A DNA stretch of 33,481 nucleotides, taken from positions 1-33,481 of the forward strand of contig SEHC01000001.1 of NCBI GenBank assembly GCA_004173415.1, given 5' to 3'. The position numbers and the translations under genes are program-made. The DNA is from Lysobacteraceae bacterium. GTDB lineage: Bacteria; Pseudomonadota; Gammaproteobacteria; Xanthomonadales; Xanthomonadaceae. This document shows, piece by piece, positions 26,886 to 33,481 of this stretch; the stretch's first letter is position 1; each line of letters starts with the position of its first letter. The notes beneath the pieces were generated by a model that did not search any database, was not told the origin of the DNA, and saw only the letters and a program-made list of their open reading frames with translations.

Positions 26886-28091
26886 TTACAGCGGGGCGAT
26901 TTCCACCGCATCGAACGCCAGGCTGCCGCGGAGCTGGCGTTCGGACATGGAACGGGCCGGATGCAGGAGCTGCAGGGTCTGGGCGGTGCACGCGGCCGGG
27001 ACCTCGAAGGCGGCGGCCAGGGTCTGCCACTGTGGCGAGGGCGGGACTTCCAACTCGGCCAGCGGCGCACCGGGCTGGCCGTTGCAGCCGATGCGCCACA
27101 GGAACGGCCGGGTCGAATCGACCTGGTTGCGGGCCGCCAGCTGCAGGCGGTAACGGCCCGGGGCCAGGGCCAGGACCTGGCGGACGCCGGAGAACTGGAC
27201 CGCGCGGCCGCCGAATTCCAGGGCCAGCGAGGCCTTGCCCGCGAACGGCTGGGCCTGGTCGTGGCCGAGGCCGACGCCGGCCGGGACCTGGTATTGCCAG
27301 GCGTAGCCGCCGCTGAGCGCCGGGCGTTCGAAGCCGCCGTCATGGACCAGTCCGGCTACGGCCCGGTCCTCGGCCGCCAGCCCGTCCACCCACAGTTGCC
27401 GCGCCTGCCCTGCCCGGCCGAGGCGGTCCAGGACCACGATGCGGGCCTGCATCTCGGCCGGCGGCAAGGCCTGGCGGGCGGCGAGCGCGGCCAGCAGGGC
27501 CTCGGCGGCGGCCGGGTCGGTGTCTTCAGCGGTGAGCGCGGCGGGCAAGGCGCCGCGCCACGGCGGATCGGCGGCCAGGCGCGCGGCCAGGCCTTGGCGC
27601 AGGCGCGGATCGCCCAGCGCCGGCATCAGCACGCCGAGCATCTCCGCGCGAGAGGCCGGGGCCAGCCGCAGCAGGGCGTCGACGTGTTCCAGGCCGGTTT
27701 CGATGTCGCCGGCCAGGAAGGCCTGCTCGGCCAGCGCGGCGCGGGCCACCCGGTCGCGCGGCCAGCGGGCCACGGCGGTGCGGTAGGCCTGCCCGGCCTC
27801 GGTGGCCTGGCCGGACTGGCCGGCGACCTGGGCCAGGACCCGGTAGGCGCTGCCGTCGAGCGGGCGATCGGCGAGGATCCGCCGCGCGGTGGCGGCATCT
27901 TCCGGCGAAATGCCGGGACTGGCGTCGAGCGACTTCAGCAGGCGCTCGGGACCGGACGGACGGCCCAGGCCGGCATCGATCCGGCCCAGCTGCAATGCCA
28001 GGCCGAGCATCGCCAGGACCGCCGCGGCGGCCAGCAACGTGCGCAGCACCGGCCTGCGGGGCCGGCGGGCGGCCGGCTGCGCGCGGTTCAT
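26886..28091 (-). CDS. Membrane-anchored TPR-like protein with a C-terminal carbohydrate-binding-like domain
   Basis: Basic plus hydrophobic N-terminus; TPR-like helices (AYRVLA...AGQAYRTAVARWPRD); then LVHDGGFE...YAWQ, RQVLALAPGRYRL, WQT, FEVP..C. Start 28091 or 28109. Confidence 0.72.
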   Translation of the reverse strand: MNRAQPAARRPRRPVLRTLLAAAAVLAMLGLALQLGRIDAGLGRPSGPERLLKSLDASPGISPEDAATARRILADRPLDGSAYRVLAQVAGQSGQATEAGQAYRTAVARWPRDRVARAALAEQAFLAGDIETGLEHVDALLRLAPASRAEMLGVLMPALGDPRLRQGLAARLAADPPWRGALPAALTAEDTDPAAAEALLAALAARQALPPAEMQARIVVLDRLGRAGQARQLWVDGLAAEDRAVAGLVHDGGFERPALSGGYAWQYQVPAGVGLGHDQAQPFAGKASLALEFGGRAVQFSGVRQVLALAPGRYRLQLAARNQVDSTRPFLWRIGCNGQPGAPLAELEVPPSPQWQTLAAAFEVPAACTAQTLQLLHPARSMSERQLRGSLAFDAVEIAPL

Positions 28092-28116
28092 TGCCCCCTC
28101 GCCCGCCATGCCCGGC

Positions 28117-30270
28117 TCACTTCCTGTCCGCGTCGCCGCCGTAGCTGTAGTACGAGTAGCCACCGTAGCCGTAGGACTCGCCCTTGCGGCGCAGGTCGAA
28201 CTGGGTCAGCAGGGTGCCGATGATCCGGGCGTGGGCCGCGACCAGGCGCTGGCGCGCGCCCTGCAGGCTGTCACTGCGGGTCTTGTCGGCGGCCGCGACC
28301 AGCAACGTGGCTTCCACGCCGTGGGCGAGCAGCGGCGCGTCGGCCAGGCCCAGCACCGGCGGTCCGTCCAGCACGACCATGTCGAAGCGGCCGCGCAGCG
28401 ATTCCAGCAACTGGCCCAGGCGCTCGCCAGCCAGCAGTTCGGGCGGGTTGGGCGGCAGAGGACCGGAGGTGATCAGGCTGAGGCTGGGCTCGCTGCCCGG
28501 CTGCAGCACGTCGTCGGCGCCGGCCGCCCCGGCCAGCACGTTGGACAGGCCGGCCTGGTTGGACAGGTTGTTGAGGCGATGCAGCGAAGGATTGCGCAGG
28601 TCGGCGTCGACCAGGACCACGCGCTTGCCGAGCTGGGCGATGTTGCGGGCCAGTTCCAGCGCGGTGGTGCTCTTGCCCTCGCCCGGGCCCGGGCTGGTGA
28701 CCAGCAGCGAATACGGCAGGCCGTGGGAAGTGGCGAACTGCAGCGCGGTGCGCACCGAACGATAGCTTTCGGCGAACGGCGAGCGCAGGTCGGCCGCGGC
28801 CATGGCCGGAGTGGTACCGGCGTCCAGGCGCGGGATGACCCCGAGCACCGGTGCGTGGGCCAGCGCTTCCAGGGCCTTGGCCGAATGGATGCTGCGGTCC
28901 AGGTGGTGGCGCAGGAACGCGGCCAGCACGCCGGCGAACAGGCCCAGCAGCAGGCCCACGGCCAGGTTCAGCGACAGCCGCGGCGAGTGCCGGCGGTTCG
29001 GCACTTCGGCCCGGTCGATCACCGAGATGTTGTTGGTGCCGACGTTGCCGACCACGCTGATCTCTTTATAGCGCTGGAGCAGGCCGTCGTAGAGCTGGCG
29101 GTTGGTCTCGGCGTCGCGCTTGAGGATGTTGTACTGGATGCTGCGGCCCTGCAGGTCGAGCACGTCGCCCTTGAGCCCGGACAGGCGGCTTTCGAGCAGC
29201 GATTCCTGCTGGCGGGCGGCGTCGTATTCGGACTTCACCGCGGCGCGGATGTTGCCGATCTCGCCGGCGATCTGGCGGTCGGTCTCGGCGATCTGGCCGG
29301 ACAGGCGCTGCATGTCCGGATAGTCCGGCTTGAAGGTGCGCAGCTTCTGCTGGTACTCGGCGGCCAGCAGCGAACGCGATTCGCGCAGCTTCTGGATCAG
29401 CGCGCTGGACACCACCTGCGGCAGGCCCAGGCCGTTGCCGGCGCTGGCCTGGCGCCAGGCGGCCTCGGACCGGATCCGCGCATCCTGGGCGGCGGCCAGC
29501 GAGGCATTGAGCTGGGACAGGTTCTGCGCGCTGAGCGAGGGCTGGTCGTCGCCGACCGATACGATCTGCTCGCTGGTGGCGAAGCCGACCAGTTCCTTCT
29601 CGGTGTCCTCCAGCTTGGCCTTCAGTTCGGCCAGCCGGTCCTCCAGGTACTTGCGCGCGTACGAGGAGGCCTCGAAGCGGCGTTCCAGGTTGCTGGCGAT
29701 GAAGGCATCGCCATAGGCATTGGCCACGCGCGCGGCCAGCACCGGGTCGGGCGAATCGAAGTTGACCCGGACCAGGCGCGAATTGCGCACCGGTTCGATG
29801 CTCAGGCCATTGAGCAGCGGCTGGACCAGCGCCTGCTCGCGGGCGAGCGGGCCGCTGGCGGGCGCGCCGGCGCCTTTCCCGGCCAGCGCCTCGTCCACCG
29901 ACTCCATGGTCTCGGCGAACTGCGGGTGCTCGACCAGCTTCAGGTCCTGGACCACGCGCAGGGCCAGCGAGCGGCTCTGCAGCAGCTCGTACTGGGTCTG
30001 GTAGAAGTCGCGGTCCATCGGCGATTCGGCCGGGGTCAGCGCGCCGACGTCGACGATCTTCATGCTGTCGCGTTCGATCTGCAGGGTCGAGGACGCGCGG
30101 AAGATCGGCGTGGCCAGCAGGGTGAAGACCAGGGCCAGCAGGAACACCGCCGCGGCGATGCCGGCCACCAGCCACTGCCGCTCGCGCAGGATCTGCCAGT
30201 ACTCGAGCAGGTTGATCTCGTCGTCGGCCGGGGCCGCTTCGGTGGTTTGCGAAATCGGAACGGCGCTCAT
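28117..30270 (-). CDS. wzc: Wzc-type polysaccharide co-polymerase/BY-kinase
   Basis: EINLLEYWQIL, two TM segments, coiled coil, AESYRSVRT, Walker A PGEGKST, VDADLRNP, VLDGPP, Tyr cluster YGYGGYSYYSY. ATG 30270 overlaps the wza TGA. Confidence 0.92.
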   Translation of the reverse strand: MSAVPISQTTEAAPADDEINLLEYWQILRERQWLVAGIAAAVFLLALVFTLLATPIFRASSTLQIERDSMKIVDVGALTPAESPMDRDFYQTQYELLQSRSLALRVVQDLKLVEHPQFAETMESVDEALAGKGAGAPASGPLAREQALVQPLLNGLSIEPVRNSRLVRVNFDSPDPVLAARVANAYGDAFIASNLERRFEASSYARKYLEDRLAELKAKLEDTEKELVGFATSEQIVSVGDDQPSLSAQNLSQLNASLAAAQDARIRSEAAWRQASAGNGLGLPQVVSSALIQKLRESRSLLAAEYQQKLRTFKPDYPDMQRLSGQIAETDRQIAGEIGNIRAAVKSEYDAARQQESLLESRLSGLKGDVLDLQGRSIQYNILKRDAETNRQLYDGLLQRYKEISVVGNVGTNNISVIDRAEVPNRRHSPRLSLNLAVGLLLGLFAGVLAAFLRHHLDRSIHSAKALEALAHAPVLGVIPRLDAGTTPAMAAADLRSPFAESYRSVRTALQFATSHGLPYSLLVTSPGPGEGKSTTALELARNIAQLGKRVVLVDADLRNPSLHRLNNLSNQAGLSNVLAGAAGADDVLQPGSEPSLSLITSGPLPPNPPELLAGERLGQLLESLRGRFDMVVLDGPPVLGLADAPLLAHGVEATLLVAAADKTRSDSLQGARQRLVAAHARIIGTLLTQFDLRRKGESYGYGGYSYYSYGGDADRK

Positions 30271-30959
30271 CGGTAGGCCCGCCACACGGCCACGAACGGG
30301 GCCAGCTTGATCAGGTTCTGCAGGGCCACCTTGCCGGTGGAGGTATCGACCACGACGATGTCCTCGCCGGCCAGTTCCGGGTCGGCGTGTTCGCCGGCCT
30401 GGATCGCGGCCACGTCGAAGCGGGCGAACTGGCGCTGGCCGCCGGAGGTGCGGAACACGATCACGTTGCGCAGGCTGGCCACGTCGTCCAGGCCTTCGGC
30501 CAGGGCCAGGGCCTGCAGCAGGCTGAGCCGCGAGGAGGTCATCGGGTAGATGCCGGGCTTGTTGACCGCGCCGCCGACGGTGACCCGCTGGCTGGCGAAT
30601 TCCTTGACGAACACGCTGACCTGCGGGTTTTGCAGGTACTGGGCGGCATAGCGGCGGGCGACCTCGGCCTCGATCTGGTCGACGGTCAGGCCGGCCACCG
30701 GGACCGCGCCGACCAGCGGCAGCGACACCTGGCCTGCGTTGTTGACCCGGACTTCGCGGTCCAGGTCCTCGACCTGGAACACCGACACTTCCAGCAGGTC
30801 GCTGGGGCCGATGTGGTATTCGGCGCGACCGACCGCCGAGGCGACCGGATCGGCCGGCGGCAGGACGCTTTCTTCGCCGGAACCGCCCAGGGAACTGCAG
30901 GCGCCGAGCACGAGCAACAACAGGCCGGCAAGGCCGGCATTACGGATCAACTTGAACAA
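30267..30959 (-). CDS. wza: Polysaccharide export outer-membrane lipoprotein (short Wza/GumB type)
   Basis: Lipobox LGAC, YHIGPSDLLEVSVF, GQVSLPLVG, YLQNPQVSV, VGGAVNKPGIY. Likely TTG start near 30959. Confidence 0.88.
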   Translation of the reverse strand: MFKLIRNAGLAGLLLLVLGACSSLGGSGEESVLPPADPVASAVGRAEYHIGPSDLLEVSVFQVEDLDREVRVNNAGQVSLPLVGAVPVAGLTVDQIEAEVARRYAAQYLQNPQVSVFVKEFASQRVTVGGAVNKPGIYPMTSSRLSLLQALALAEGLDDVASLRNVIVFRTSGGQRQFARFDVAAIQAGEHADPELAGEDIVVVDTSTGKVALQNLIKLAPFVAVWRAYR

Positions 30960-30990
30960 ACCGGGGAACCCCTCATGATGCAGCGCGGCA

Positions 30991-31821
30991 TTATGCCGTA
31001 CCGCGCAGTCTCTTGAACCAACGCTGGAGCGAGAAAGCTGAATCCTGGCGCGCACTTGCGCCTGTTTTTCCGGCCCCGGCGGCGGCCAGGCCGGCCGGCA
31101 GCGAGGCCGGATCGGCATCGGCCACTATCCCGGCCGGCCGGGTCAGGACCATGCGCGTGGCCTCTTCGGCGCCCACCCGGGCGGCCGCGGCCTCGCGGGC
31201 CTCGGCCAGCAACGGCGGCCGGCGCTGCGGATGGTGGGCGTCGGTGGCCAGGACCATGCAATGGCCCTCGTCGACGAAACGCTCGCCCCAGTAGCGCACG
31301 CGCTTGCCGAAACGCCCGGTCAGGGCGCCGGCGGTGACCTGCATCCAGGCCCCGCGCTCGCTCAGGCGCACGAACAGCTCGTAGTGCTGCTCGACCCAGC
31401 TGAGGCGCTCGGGATGGGTGATCACCGGGACGATGCCGGCGGTCATCAGTTCGAAGATCGCCTCTTCGAAGCGCGGCGGGGCCACGTGGTGCGGCGGCTC
31501 CAGCAGCAGGTAGCGGGAACCGGCCAGGGTCGGTACCCGGCCGGCCTGGATCGCCGCGACCAGGCCCGGGTCCAGGTGCACGTCGGCGCCTTCGACCAGC
31601 TGCAGGGGGATGTCGCGGGCGGCCAGCTCGCCGCGCAGGGACTCGATCGCCGCGCGGATGCCGTCGCGGTCGTTCTCGTACATGCCCGGGTAGATGTGCG
31701 GGGTGCAGGCCACCGTGCCGATGCCGTCGGCCACGGCGATGCGCGCCATCGCCAGGGCCATGTCCAGGTCGACCGCGCCGTCGTCGATACCGGGCAGCAG
31801 GTGGCAATGCAGATCGAGCAT
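30991..31821 (-). CDS. PHP-family tyrosine-protein phosphatase (CpsB/YwqE/CapC type)
   Basis: MLDLHCHLLPGIDDG, CTPH, THPER, ATDAH...RPP. Confidence 0.9.
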   Translation of the reverse strand: MLDLHCHLLPGIDDGAVDLDMALAMARIAVADGIGTVACTPHIYPGMYENDRDGIRAAIESLRGELAARDIPLQLVEGADVHLDPGLVAAIQAGRVPTLAGSRYLLLEPPHHVAPPRFEEAIFELMTAGIVPVITHPERLSWVEQHYELFVRLSERGAWMQVTAGALTGRFGKRVRYWGERFVDEGHCMVLATDAHHPQRRPPLLAEAREAAAARVGAEEATRMVLTRPAGIVADADPASLPAGLAAAGAGKTGASARQDSAFSLQRWFKRLRGTA

Positions 31822-31962
31822 GGGGACCGGAGGAACCGGGAAGCGGGGCGGCCTAGTTTAAGCGCCCGCGGACGCAAGGCCTTCACAGGCAAGAGTTTTT
31901 CTCGGTCGCGGGGCCTGCCGGCCGCCCGGACGGAGCGATCCTGCGCGGCCGCGCAAATGCAA

Positions 31963-31984
31963 CGGGCGCCTGTCGGCGCCCGTC
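31963..31984 (-). terminator. Hairpin after the lipoprotein gene
   Basis: ACGGGCGCC-N4-GGCGCCCGT about 25 nt past the stop at 32010, with a weak T tail. Confidence 0.45.
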
Positions 31985-32009
31985 GGATTGCGGCCTGGGG
32001 CGGGCGGGC

Positions 32010-32504
32010 TCAGCCGCCCAGCTTGGCCCGCAGCGCGGCGATCAGCTTCGGCGCGGCGCCGGCGGCGGGCAGGCCGCGCGGGTCGACCGCCGAAACGTAG
32101 GTACCGGCTTCCACCGCGACCATGCGGACCAGGAAGTTGCTGCCTTCGTAACTGACGTCGTAGGTGCCCAGCAGCTGGGCGCGGCTGGCGATGGCGACGC
32201 CGTCGATGCTTTCCAGGGCCGCGCCGACCTTGGCGAACACCTCATCGCGCGGGCCGGCGACATTGAAACCGGTGGCCGAGGCGACCGCGCCCTGGGTGCC
32301 CGCCTGGGCGCCGACGCTGGGCAGCTGCATGGCCCCGGCGGTGTTGGGCAGGTTGAGGTCGGGCGGCACTTCCAGCGGGCGCGTCTCGGCGCTCTTGGCA
32401 TAGTCGCCGTCCTTGCGGAACCACTTGCAACCGCTGGCGCCGAGCACGGCCACGGCCAGGGTGGCAAGGAGGATCGGACGCAGGTAAGGGATGTTGGAAC
32501 GCAT
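32010..32504 (-). CDS. Lipoprotein downstream of dapA (BamC/NlpB position)
   Basis: Lipobox ASGC followed by Y...RPLEVPPDL, resembling the BamC N-terminus. It occupies the syntenic position but is much shorter than enteric BamC. Confidence 0.7.
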   Translation of the reverse strand: MRSNIPYLRPILLATLAVAVLGASGCKWFRKDGDYAKSAETRPLEVPPDLNLPNTAGAMQLPSVGAQAGTQGAVASATGFNVAGPRDEVFAKVGAALESIDGVAIASRAQLLGTYDVSYEGSNFLVRMVAVEAGTYVSAVDPRGLPAAGAAPKLIAALRAKLGG

Positions 32505-32530
32505 GGGGTGGTCTCCTGGGAAAGCGGGGG

Positions 32531-33439
32531 TTAGGCAGCGACGGGTTCGCGGCCGGATTGTTCTTCGAGGACCGCGGCCGCCGCGTACAGGCGGTCGGCC
32601 TGGCCGGCATGCGCCGCCGACAGCGGCAGCAGCGGCAGGCGCAGGCCGGCGCCGAAACCCATGCGCTGCAGCAGCGCCTTGACCGGGATCGGGTTGGATT
32701 CGACGCCATGGAATTCATGGAACGGCTGCAGCAGCGCGTCGTGGCGCGCGGCAGCTTCGCCCTGCTGGCCGCGGGACAGGTCGCAGAGCCGGCGGAAGGC
32801 ACGCGGCAGCGCATTGGAACCGACCGAGACCAGCCCGTCGGCGCCGGCCAGCATGGCCCGGCTGGCGGTGGGGTCGTCGCCGCTGAGGATGGCGAAGCCG
32901 TCGCTGCGCAGGGCCAGCAATGCGGCCATGCGCTCGGGTTCCGGGCGCGCTTCCTTGATCCCGACGATGCCCGGGTGGTCGACCAGCGCGGCCACGGTTT
33001 CCGGCAGCAGGTCGCAACCGGTGCGCCCCGGCACGTTGTACAGGACCACCGGCAGCCCGCCCTGGTCGGCGACGGCGCGGTAATGGGCGACCAGCCCGGC
33101 CTGGGTGGGACGAACGTACGGCGGCGTCACCACCAGCGCCAAGCCGGCGCCGGCCTCGGCCGCGCGCCGGGTCTGGGCGATGGTCCTGGCCGTGTTCATC
33201 TGCCCGGTGCCAGCCAGCACCGGGATGCGCCCGGCGACCGCGGCCACCGCGGTGCGGATCAGCAGTTCGTATTCGTCATCGGTCAGCGCCGCCGCCTCGC
33301 CGGTCGAGCCGGCCACGACGATGCCCTGGGTGCCACCGTCGAGTTGCTGCCGGAGCAGGCGCTGCCAGGCATCGAGGTCCAGCTCGCCGACCGCGGTGAA
33401 CGGTGTCGCAAGCGCGGTGATACTGCCGGAAAGTGACAA
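32531..33439 (-). CDS. dapA: 4-hydroxy-tetrahydrodipicolinate synthase
   Basis: [45 protein letters not shown] start. Confidence 0.95.
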   Translation of the reverse strand: MSLSGSITALATPFTAVGELDLDAWQRLLRQQLDGGTQGIVVAGSTGEAAALTDDEYELLIRTAVAAVAGRIPVLAGTGQMNTARTIAQTRRAAEAGAGLALVVTPPYVRPTQAGLVAHYRAVADQGGLPVVLYNVPGRTGCDLLPETVAALVDHPGIVGIKEARPEPERMAALLALRSDGFAILSGDDPTASRAMLAGADGLVSVGSNALPRAFRRLCDLSRGQQGEAAARHDALLQPFHEFHGVESNPIPVKALLQRMGFGAGLRLPLLPLSAAHAGQADRLYAAAAVLEEQSGREPVAA

Positions 33440-33481
33440 GCTGCTGCCTATGCAAGAGGGTCGCGCGGATCGCCGCGCACC

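Noticed and set aside
25938-27343. Many overlapping ORFs across the REP array
   Set aside because: They are repetitive translations of REP units (VGAGHARD, CRSGPCPR, GMARSY) on both strands, typical of spurious REP ORFs.
20535-30276. Long plus-strand ORFs (20535..23564, 23666..25780, 26370..28223, 27889..30276)
   Set aside because: Antisense shadows of well-supported minus-strand genes in high-GC DNA, with no recognisable motifs.

Overview
GC-rich gammaproteobacterial chromosome segment, most likely Xanthomonadaceae/Lysobacteraceae (inferred from the dapA-lipoprotein context, protein style and GTAG-type REPs). Most of it is a minus-strand Wzx/Wzy-dependent exopolysaccharide/capsule locus next to dapA. 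The host-like arm encodes a PHP tyrosine phosphatase, Wza/GumB, Wzc, a TPR/carbohydrate-binding protein, two small paralogous secreted proteins ending in DRPSSP, an O-antigen-ligase-family protein, WcaJ, WcaI and Gmd. A low-GC cassette follows (flippase, four glycosyltransferases, DUF6625-like protein, probable polymerase, three acyltransferases), then galU. The left end holds the rmlB start, a manC/xanB with an internal deletion and frameshift, fcl, a TA pair with a frameshifted toxin, a hipA-HTH module whose HTH protein ends in a 27-bp VNTR, a 21-bp tandem array and several REP families. The best candidate for an undescribed system is the pair of DRPSSP-tailed small proteins beside a second, ligase-like membrane enzyme. 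They may be protein acceptors or anchors for the polysaccharide; this is inference and untested. All family assignments come from motif recognition, not database searches.
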